A stretch of DNA of 15,250 nucleotides. It comes from Octopus sinensis (Eukaryota). The notes below the pieces were generated by a model. The model was given only the letters and a program-made list of their open reading frames with translations. It was not told the DNA's origin and did not search any database. Made by a program: the position numbers and the translations under genes. Within the stretch, counting starts at the first letter, position 1. Each line of letters begins with the position of its first letter. Of this stretch, positions 1-8,310 are shown in pieces. Location of the stretch: NCBI RefSeq assembly GCF_006345805.1, contig NW_021825543.1, positions 1 to 15,250 of the forward strand, in the 5' to 3' direction.

Positions 1-273
1 AACCGTGGTCGAGACAATGGAATTTACTATGTTACGCCATACTTCACGGTCCATCATAGCATTACGAGGTCCTGTTGCTGGATGACTGTATCCCTGGAGA
101 TTACATCAGAGTAGGAGAGTGTGCGCCCTCTGGTATCGCGAGCAGATGGCTTCCAGAGGAGAAGAGTAGAAATTACCTCGTTTTCAGCTCTACAACAATG
201 TCCAGCAAACTGGCCTCTTCTACCTTTCACAAGAGATGATACAGGTGGTAATTTCCCATATATTTGTACTTTG
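1..273 (-). mobile_element. RTE-type LINE, 5'-truncated 3' fragment (ORF C-terminus), runs off window start
   Basis: Minus-strand translation KVQIYGKLPPVSSLVKGRRGQFAGHCCRAENEVISTLLLWKPSARDTRGRTLSYSDVISRDTVIQQQD, then a 1-nt frameshift near 66 to RNAMMDREVWRNIVNSIVSTTV. It contains the GH..R, RGR and DR..WR motifs typical of RTE-like LINE ORF C-termini. Confidence 0.75.
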
Positions 274-1017
274 CTGAGTGGAGTGGTTGATCGAGCAGAG
301 GCGACGGCAACAGGAGTACTTTTCTGAAGGCGGATATCTCCAAGGTGTTCAGTGAATCGGTCAGGGAGACGGCGGCCAGACTGTCCAACAGTATCCGCAA
401 AGGGTACATTTAAGGCAATAAATGATGTTAGATGCGATACAGGAAAAAAAGTTGGTTGTTTCCAGTGAGAGAGGCGATGCTGCTGGTGAACGGACAAGTG
501 TGACACTGGGGACTTGAGCAATAGAATGTTCTGGATGGGTGGTAATGGGGTGGGGGTGGGAGAAACTACGGACATGTAGGTCGGGTAGATTTCGGGCACT
601 TTTTAAGGTGGCGAGAGGTGGGTTTGAGAAAACATGGAGGGTGGTGGGACCGGACTGGAGAAGTCGAAAGACCTGTAGGATTTTGCGATAAAGGGTAGAG
701 TAGGGGGTGGAATAGGAGAGAGAAAGAGAATACAGTTGGAGTATGGATGTCGGTGAGGTGAGAGTGCGGAAGCACGATCAATTTGGCGGGCACGCGAATA
801 GAGCGGCTTGGACAAGGGTTGCGGGGTATCCCCGACGAGTGATAAGACGGGTCAAGTAATAAGACTGTGTCTCAGAATCCTAGTTGCGGCCGCACAGACA
901 TCAGAGACGGAGGAGTCGAGAGTAGGGAGTGGCTCGTTTAGTGTGAGATGGGTAGGGGACGAAAAATCGAGGTTAAAAGTGAGTCAGTAGGTTTGAAGAC
1001 GGTGGAAGTGGTAAGAG
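274..1017 (-). mobile_element. Penelope-like element relic (RT thumb, Cys linker, N-terminal part of GIY-YIG endonuclease), multiply frameshifted
   Basis: Minus-strand pieces: FKPTDS, TKRATPYSRLLRL, RRGYPATLVQAAL, RARQIDRASALSP, VFSNPPLATLKSARNLPDLHVRS, RTFYCSSPQCHTCPFTSS (Cys-rich linker, ~481-535), FSCIASNIIYCLKCTLCGY, VGQSGRRLPDRFTEHLGDIR, CSINHSTQ. This is the domain order of Penelope-like elements; the Cys linker suggests Neptune-type. Confidence 0.85.
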
Positions 1018-1038
1018 AGTGAGCGAAGAGATGAAGAT

Positions 1039-1068
1039 AGAGAGAGAGGGAAAAGAGGGAGAGAGAGG

Positions 1069-1115
<47 letters not shown>
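1039..1115. repeat. GA-rich / (GA)n microsatellite
   Basis: Purine tract, pure (GA)n over ~1074-1115. Confidence 0.95.
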
Positions 1116-1117
<2 letters not shown>

Positions 1118-1661
1118 GTCCAGAGAGTTGACTCAGCACCACAGTTCCAGAAAATATCTGTTCTTACAGAGTCGTCCCGTACATATGGGTTGAAAACTGA
1201 ATAAGAAAAACCTGAGCTGGAATAACATTTTTACACATACCGCTCGCACGATGTTTAAAAATAAACAAAATACCTAAAGATAAGCAATTTCTTGAAAGCA
1301 GTTCTTCGCGTGATCTGTGTATGGCGCTTACAAGTTGTATTGCAATGATAAATTTAAAGAAGGACGTTTCGAGTGTTCAAGTGAGAACCAGAAATTAAAT
1401 GGAAAACGTGACCATGAAATAGCCGCTTTACACGCATCGCTCGTAGTATGATTTGTTTTCTAAACATTTAAGATAAGCGTTTTCTTAATAGCTTTTATGC
1501 TTTACAATATATTTAAATAACAGTTAATCCAGGGGAAAATAAGTCCGCACTGTCAACTAAAACAAAGGGAGCGTGAAACTCAATGTACTGGCAATAATGA
1601 ACATTCCAAATGCAGTGTATTCGGTCCTGTAATTTAGTGCTTGGTTAATCAACAGAAAATT

Positions 1662-1733
1662 CACACACACACACATAAACACAAACACACGCACACACAC
1701 TTGCACACACAGAGGCAGACACGCACACACACA
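1662..1733. repeat. Imperfect (CA)n microsatellite
   Basis: Directly visible. Confidence 0.9.
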
Positions 1734-1930
1734 TGCGTAAAGAAAGATGCTTTCCATGTATATAAATGATTTCCCAAATAAGCTTGCATTTAAAGACCGA
1801 GGAAGCTATAAGGTGATGCACAAGCACTCATCTCTCAATGTGTGTTCATCGTACACTAGAAACAGCTGTAAGGTAAAGAAGTTGGTTACGTAATGCTTAT
1901 TCCTTTGTCATTTATTTAATTTCATATATA

Positions 1931-2174
1931 AAGGGTAAAGACCCCCTTCGGTATGAATGGCCATGGGAGGCACCTACCAGAAAGTTCTCCGAGACACAAG
2001 TCCAGGTGAGGTTGATTATGGAAGACCAACAGTCGCCCATGCATACCAGCTTCTGCTCTCCACCCTACCGATGTTATCCAAAGGAAAGGCAAAGGTTGAT
2101 ACAGCTTAGCACCAGTAATGTTGCAACTCAGTTCTACATATGAATGAACGTGAAATAACCACTAAGCCATGCGC

Positions 2175-2176
<2 letters not shown>
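1931..2176 (-). mobile_element. tRNA-derived SINE-like element (family C), internally deleted head
   Basis: Minus strand starts AGGCGCATGGCTTAGTGGTTA with a perfect A-box (TGGCTTAGTGG, 2159-2169). No B-box follows. The head resembles the SINE head at 6035-6056. The extent of the body rests on recollection of an octopus repeat. Confidence 0.5.
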
Positions 2177-2207
<31 letters not shown>

Positions 2208-2302
2208 CGGCGTGTGTGGTGTGTGTGTGTGGTGTGTGTGCATGTGTGTGGTTGTGTGTGTGTGTGTATGTGTGTGTGTGTGTGTGGTTGTGTTGGGTGT
2301 GT
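2176..2302. repeat. (TA)n/(TG)n compound microsatellite
   Basis: Directly visible. Confidence 0.95.
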
Positions 2303-2303
2303 T

Positions 2304-2537
2304 AAGGGCAGCGAGCTGGCAGAAACGTTAGCACGCCGGGCGAAATGTGTAGACGTATTTCGTCTGCCGTTACGTTCTGGGTTCAAATTCCGCCGAGGTC
2401 GACTTTGCCTTTCATCCTTTCGGCGTCGATAAATTAAGTACCAGTTACGCACTGGGGTCGATGTAATTGACTTAATCTGTTTGTCTATCCTCGTTTGTCT
2501 CCCTTTGGGTTTAAACCCTTGTGGGTAGTAAAGAAAT
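2304..2537 (+). mobile_element. tRNA-derived SINE family A (type-1 tail), near full length
   Basis: A-box-like TGGCAGAAACG (~2317-2327), B-box GGTTCAAATTCC (2380-2391), core GTCGACTTTGCCTTTCATCCTTTCGG, tail ending GTGGGTAGTAAAGAAATA. Homologous copies lie at 5309-5540, 7663-8078, 4165-4368, 6601-7126 and 12381-12572. Confidence 0.88.
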
Positions 2538-2785
2538 ATATATATGTGTGTGTCTGTGTGTATGTGCGTGTGTGTGTGCGTGCGTGAGTATATATATATA
2601 TATATATATATATATTCTGTGTGAGTTTGAGGTTGAGAAACCAACTAAGGGATAGTGCCTATCGAATATACTGCTGGTAGTGTACCCAATCATTCATAGT
2701 CAAGTGTTAGTTATTGCATAGCAATCTCGCAATTGAGTATTATATATGGGCGGGGTAAAAAAAAGTTATTTACCCATGGTTTATA

Positions 2786-3041
2786 CGGCAAATAAGAAAA
2801 CGGGGGAGGATATAAAATCGACACCTGCACACCCATTTATATTTTTGCCTATTTGTTTCTATATACTTATATTTATTCACACCCTTGTCTATGCAGTTAC
2901 CAGTTTTTTCCACTCGTTAATCTGTACGACTCATACGTGTGTGTGTGTATTTCATCGAATACAATTGAATGAAAGGACATTCTTGAATGTTTACTGGCTG
3001 ATGTCTGTCGATTTTATATCCACCCGTTTTCTTATTTGCTA
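2786..3041. mobile_element. Candidate MITE with ~35-bp terminal inverted repeats flanked by TA
   Basis: GCAAATAAGAAAACGGGGGAGGATATAAAATCGACA (2788-2823) is the reverse complement of 3006-3039 apart from one mismatch and a 2-nt indel. TA occurs at 2784-2785 and 3042-3043. There is no internal ORF. Confidence 0.55.
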
Positions 3042-3311
3042 TATACATACATACATGCATACATACATACATACATACATACATACATACATACATACAT
3101 ACATACATACAAACAAACATACATACATACATACATACATACATACATACATACATACATACATACATGCATGCATACATACATACATACATACATATAT
3201 ACATACATACATACATACATACATACATACATACATACAAACAAACATACATACATACATACATATATACATACATACATACATACATACATACACATAT
3301 ACACACATACA

Positions 3312-3345
<34 letters not shown>

Positions 3346-3683
3346 CATACATACATACATAATGCATACATACATACATACTACATACATACACACATAC
3401 ATGCATACATACATACACATACTACATACATGCATACACACATACATACATACATACATGCATGCATACATACATACATACATACATACATACATACATA
3501 CATACATACACATATACACACATACATACATACATATATACATACATACATGCATACCTACATACATACATACACACACATACATACATGCATACATACA
3601 TACATACATACATACATACATACATACACACATACATACATACACACACGCACACATACATACATACACATACATACATACAT

Positions 3684-3716
<33 letters not shown>

Positions 3717-3732
3717 TACATACATATATACT
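3041..3732. repeat. ~690-bp (TACA)n tetranucleotide array with variant units
   Basis: Directly visible. It generates the long spurious YIHT/MYVC ORFs. Confidence 0.98.
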
Positions 3733-3947
3733 TACTTGAAAGTGGATGCGCAGCGTTCGATCATATAATAACAAATTAATAAATAAAACATATGCATGCA
3801 TACATACATATATGTACATACCTACATGTATATACATGCATTGTACCCAAATATGCATGTATAGATACATATAAATGTAGGTATGTACATATATATATAT
3901 ATGTATGCATATGTTTTATTTATTATTTTGTTATTATATATATATAC

Positions 3948-3980
3948 AGAGAGAGAGAGAGAGAGTGTGTGTGTGTGTGT

Positions 3981-4018
<38 letters not shown>
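3948..4018. repeat. (GA)n-(GT)n-(GA)n compound microsatellite
   Basis: Directly visible. Confidence 0.95.
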
Positions 4019-4164
4019 AAGTGAGACAAACGAATAAGTTTACGAAGTAAAGTATTCTCACAGCAGGAAGGAGAGAAAACATACTTATTATCTGATCTTT
4101 TTACTTTGCTGGCCTTGAATTCAGAAGTAGCTAATAATAATAATAACAACAACAGCAACAACAG

Positions 4165-4368
4165 TAATTCCTTTTAATTTTGGCAGGTCTGCAATTTGCG
4201 GGTAAGGAGAAACTGATTACAGGCACCTGTACTCAACTGGTTCTGATCTTATCGACCCCGAAAGGAAGAAAGGCAATGTTGGTTTCAGTAATATTTGAAC
4301 TCAGAACGTAAAATCCGGCAGAAATACTAATAAGCATTTTGTTATCATTTTCTCTTCATCTGCCATTT
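4165..4368 (-). mobile_element. Diverged SINE family A copy (type-2 tail) with (TAA/CAA)n at 4131-4164
   Basis: TTATCGACCCCGAAAGGAAGAAAGGCAA and ATTTGAACTCAGAACGTAA match the family A core and B-box region. Confidence 0.65.
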
Positions 4369-4459
4369 TAGAACCCCAAAGCAAAAAAGTCTTCAAGGAA
4401 CTGTTTGCGTTATAATTGTAACAGTTGTGTTTCCTACTTAGATTCAATGTGTTTTTGCA

Positions 4460-4655
4460 GCGTGGAAGGTGTTTATAAGCCATTTAAGAAACACACAAAA
4501 CCGTTAGATTCACTTCAACATTTGAATTTAATTTGTTAGTGAACAGGTCCCGGTCTGAAAGCGACGAAAATATTTTGACAAATTAAATTTAAATGTTGAA
4601 GTGAATCTAAACGTTTTTGGGTGTTTCTTAAATGGCTTATAAACACCTTCCACGC
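4460..4655. repeat. Long inverted repeat (77/78-bp arms, 41-bp spacer)
   Basis: 4460-4536 is the reverse complement of 4578-4655, with 3 mismatches and one 1-nt indel. Confidence 0.92.
4532..4582 (+). ncRNA. Minimal hammerhead-ribozyme-like motif with G3/C8 core variant
   Basis: Stem I TTTGTTA/TGACAAA (7 bp, one G-U), core GTGAACA, one extra G, stem II GTCCC/GCGAC (one C-C mismatch), GAAA, palindromic AAAATATTTT stem III. The structure was assigned by eye. Confidence 0.42.
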
Positions 4656-5308
4656 CGTAATTGTTTTCGTTCCAGCACAACATCTCAGATCAAGTCACTC
4701 GCTATGCAAGTACATCTCCGTAATTCATTGTTTTTGTTTCTGGACTAACAACGAAGAGATACCGAACGGAATGACTCGGTAGTTTTTCGGTTGGTCTTTC
4801 GTATTTGCAAGTTCGTACCAATCTCTCTTAATTGCATATCATTTTATGTTATATTTATACTCACAACATGCCATAATACGTTACAAAGATAACAATAAGC
4901 CATGATTCACTTTTGTTGCCAATGCCTATTACAATTCCGCTTCCATCCGGCAACTCATTTATTGAACTATGCTCAGTCATATGAACAACCGTGGATTATC
5001 TACTTCTCGCTTCTCCTCAGCCTTCCTTTTTAATATCCGACAGATACTTTTCTCCGGTCTTGCCCATTCCATGAACAGCTCACTGCTCTTCACATCACAT
5101 CCCAAACAAGATTCCTTTAGTCGTTGATTTGAGGGATCGCTGAGTGATCATCACTCAACGAAGGAAAGCAGCAAGCTATTTTTCACTTCGCTCACCAGAA
5201 TGCGCACTCAGTTGCGTCAAATCTCTGATACGTTTTTTGTTTCCTCCAACTAGATCACGTCAAGCCCAGAATTTTGTCTTTAAAAAGCAATATTCAAAAA
5301 CTAATACC

Positions 5309-5540
5309 TATTTCTTTATTACCCACAAGGGGCTAAACATAGAGGGGACAAACAAGGACAGACATAGGTAATAAGTCGATTACATCGACCCCAGTGCGTA
5401 ACTGGTAATTAATTTATCGACCCCGAAAGGATGAAAGGCAAAGTCGACCTCGGCAGAATTTAAACTCGGAACGTAACGGCAGACAAAATACCGCTAAGCA
5501 TTTCGCCCGGCGTGCTAACGTTTCTGCCAGCTCGCCACCT
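5309..5540 (-). mobile_element. SINE family A, full length, with 18-bp target-site duplication
   Basis: Reverse-complement homologue of 2304-2537. Flanks TATTCAAAAACTAATACC (5291-5308) and TATTCGAAAACTAATACC (5541-5558) differ at one position. Confidence 0.9.
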
Positions 5541-5712
5541 TATTCGAAAACTAATACCAAAATCACTATTTTTGTGGTAAATATTTTTGATTTAAGTTCT
5601 TGTTGCTGTCGTTCTTATTGATATTGTAGTATTGCTGTTGTTTTACTGCTGTTGCTATCGCTGCGGCTGCTACTGCTGCTGTTGTTGTTGTTTCATTGCT
5701 GCTGTTGCTGTT

Positions 5713-6056
5713 GAGCGAAGCGGTCTTCGTCCTCTTGGGAGAAGTCTGAAACGTGGTCCTTTGCTATTCGTAAGACCCGCAGAAGAGAAAGCAGGTCGAC
5801 CCCCGACATCGAGAGCATCGACGGATGGATGAATGCGCATCCAGGCTCAACGGTTGCGTAGGAAGTCGGGGACAAGAAACAGGAAGAAAGAGTGAGAAAA
5901 AGTTGGAGCGAAAGAGCACAACAGGGGTCGCCACTACTCTCTGCCGGAGCCTCGTTGAGCTTTAGGTGTTTTCGCTCTCTAAACACATCTCTGGGAATCG
6001 AAACTGCGATCCTCCGACCGCGAGTCCGCTACCCTAACCACTGGGCCATTGCGCCC
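5713..6056 (-). mobile_element. tRNA-derived SINE-like element (family D) with (CAA/CAG)n tail at ~5625-5712
   Basis: Minus-strand head GGGCGCAATGGCCCAGTGGTTAGG with A-box at 6038-6048 and B-box-like GTTTCGATTCC at 5994-6004. A GC-richer body ends in a trinucleotide tail. Confidence 0.6.
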
Positions 6057-6600
6057 CCACTGCTATTGTTGTTGCTGTTAATGCGATTACTCATTATCTT
6101 TTTGTTGCGATTGTATAAGTATTACCGCAGTTATTTGTCCAAATACCAGAGACATAAACACTACATTACCCCCAACATGTCTGTACGACATTGCTAAAAG
6201 CCTTTTTCTTTTAAAATTTATTTCTAGATTTGTTTTTAAAAAATCCGAGCTAAAATTTATTTTCACAAATGTTTGGTTGGAGGCCATATTTGTATACGTT
6301 ATTGCTGTAAACTTTGTAATGAACCCTTCAACACGTGTCCGATACACAAAGAACCCTAATGAAATATTGCTAAGCAAAATAAATTAAGGAAATGTGCCCA
6401 TAAATATTCTTTTCTTTTCGTTCAAGCAAGTAAAATAAATTAATGCAATCTTTCCCGTGTAACGTGATACAGGAAAAGCAAAAATCATCAATATTTTAAA
6501 AAATAAATGTCAGCAAAATATATTCGTAATCATCAGCACAAGGAATACGCTTTACAATAAGAAACAAAATTAGCAATACAAACAACAATAACAACAATTA

Positions 6601-7126
6601 TGAAATTTAGGGGAGGGGGCTAGTCAATTACATCGACCCTAGTACGTAACTACTCTTTTACTTGTTTCAGTCATTTGACTGTGGCCATGCTGGAGCACCG
6701 CCTTTTAGTCAAGTAAATCGAGCCCAGGACTTATTCTTCGTAAGCCTAGTACTTATTCTATCGGTCTCTTTCGCCGAACCGTTAAGTTACGGGGACATAA
6801 ACACACCAGCATCGGTTGTCAAGTGAGCAATATTGGGGGTGGGGACAAACACAGACAGACACACACACACACACATGTATTTATATATATATACACATGT
6901 ATACGACGGGCTTCTTTCAGTTTCCGTCTACCAAATCCACTCACAAGGCTTTGGTTGGCCCGAGGCAATAGTAGAAGACATTTACCCAAGGTGTCGTGCA
7001 GTGGGACTGAACCCGGAACTGTGTGGTTGGTAATCAAGCTACTTACCACACAGCCAATCCTACGCCTAACTAGTGATTATTTTATCGACTTCTAAAGGGC
7101 GAAAGGCAAAGTCGAGCTCAGCAGAT
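6601..7126 (-). mobile_element. SINE family A fragment (type-2 tail) split into 6601-6652 and 7067-7126 by a family B insertion
   Basis: Joining the two pieces restores the family A core ...ATCGACCCTAGTACGTAACTAGTGATTATTTTATCGAC...GAAAGGCAAAGTCGA. Confidence 0.72.
6653..7066 (-). mobile_element. tRNA-derived SINE family B, full length, with internal (CA)n(TA)n
   Basis: Minus-strand head AGGCGTAGGATTGGCTGTGTGGTAAG...CCGGGTTCAGTCCC with A/B-box-like motifs. Homologous copies lie at 10145-10545 and 15081-15250. It is flanked by a TAACTA duplication (6647-6652, 7067-7072). Confidence 0.85.
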
Positions 7127-7638
7127 GAATATATGAAGAACAAAGTCCTGGACATGGTTGGGGGGGGGGAAAGAGGCAATAAAAAAAGAGAAAAGACAGT
7201 CTTATAAAAACAGCCCAAGATCAATTTTGCAAACAAACAACTTGAGAAAATATATGTATGGGATGAAGATGTCAGCGAAACATAAACTGTGTGGAATTTG
7301 AGAGGACACGACGGCACACGCTGTTGTAGCAATTTTGTAAAACGTTAGGTGAATGTAGTGCGTAAGGCCCGAGTGAACCGAGCCTACACTAAGCATGCGC
7401 CACGATATCAAGGGTAGATGAAGGGGCGAGTGCACTTACCCTTTCCCTCTTTTGGGGTTTTAATTGTTAAAGTTTTCCTGGTTATTCTGTTTTTACGCGT
7501 TTCAGTCCCATTCTTTTTTGTATTGTATTGTCCTGCACCGTCCCCAATCTTTTATATGAACTCTCATCGGTTAACAAAGAAATTATTATTTACATTATAT
7601 ACGTTTGACGGATATTTGTCCATATTTCGTTCGTTGTT

Positions 7639-8116
7639 AACACAACGTTTCGGCTGATATATATTTCTTTACTGACCACAAGGGGCTAAACATAGAGGGG
7701 ACAAACAAGGACAGTCAAACGGATTAAGTCGATTACATCGACCCCAGTGCGAAACTGTTACTTAATTTATCGACCCCGAAAGGATGAAAAGCAAAGTCGA
7801 CCCCGGCGGAATTTGAACTCAGAACGTAACGACAGACGAAATACCTATTTCTTTATTACCCACAAGGGGCTAAACACAGAGGGGACAAACAAGGACAGAC
7901 AAACGGATTAAGTCGATTACATCGACCCCAGTGCGAAACTGGTACTTAATTTATCGACCCCGAAAGGATGAAAAGCAAAGTTGACCCCGGCGGAATTTGA
8001 ACTCAGAACGTAACGACAGACGAAATACCGCAAAGCATTTCGCCCGGCGCGCTAACGTTTCTGCCACCTCGCCGCCTTGTTTCGGCTGATATATCCTCCA
8101 ACCTTCATCAGGTGTC
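7639..8116 (-). ncRNA. Minimal (Penelope-type) hammerhead ribozyme motif, split by SINE insertion
   Basis: Reconstructed as GACAC-CTGATGA-A-GGTTG-GAGGATATAT-CAGCC-GAAAC-GTT-GTGTT: stem I GACAC/GTGTT, stem II GGTTG/CAGCC, loopless palindromic stem III (AACGTT). CTGATGA is at 8105-8111; the cleavage triplet and stem I 3' strand are at 7639-7646. Confidence 0.7.
7663..8078 (-). mobile_element. SINE family A with a 184-bp tandem duplication, flanked by a 16-bp TSD
   Basis: Units 7662-7845 and 7846-8029 are nearly identical, with a single head at 8030-8078. GTTTCGGCTGATATAT occurs at 7647-7662 and 8079-8094. Confidence 0.92.
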
Positions 8117-8164
8117 TTGGGGAAACTTCGAACCTGGGTTTTTATTCCTAAGGTATTTTTCGAA

Positions 8165-8177
8165 GTTGTTGTTGTTG

Positions 8178-8238
<61 letters not shown>

Positions 8239-8310
8239 GATTATCATTATTATTATTATTACTACTACTACTACTACTATTATTATTATTATCATTATTA
8301 TTATTATTAT
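8165..8310. repeat. (GTT)(ATT)(ACT)(ATT) compound trinucleotide array
   Basis: Directly visible. Confidence 0.95.

Larger units (their letters stand above)
7582..8163 (-). mobile_element. Hammerhead-bearing, Penelope pLTR-like repeat interrupted by a SINE
   Basis: Contains CTGATGA-A-GGTTG..CAGCC-GAAAC-GTT on the minus strand once the SINE and one TSD copy are removed. Its boundaries are approximate. Confidence 0.55.

Noticed and set aside
1011-1115. Penelope 5' end adjacent to (GA)n as evidence of microsatellite targeting
   Set aside because: Microsatellites occur every few hundred bp here, so adjacency on one side is uninformative.
2746-3870. Long ORFs (340, 317 and 190 aa, and others) on both strands
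   Set aside because: They are translations of the (TACA)n array (YIHT/MYVC repeats), which lacks stops in these frames.
4980-5125. Short open minus-strand stretch (LKESCLGCDVKSSELFMEWARPEKSICRILKRKAEEKREVDNPRLFI*)
   Set aside because: No recognisable motif or convincing splice sites; the length is compatible with chance.
5994-6056. tRNA genes at the SINE heads (also 2304-2391 and 7005-7066)
   Set aside because: A/B-box-like motifs are present, but no complete cloverleaf was found and each continues into a repeat body or tail.
7433-7440. Minus-strand G|GTAAGT donor-like site
   Set aside because: Isolated hexamer with no supported upstream exon.
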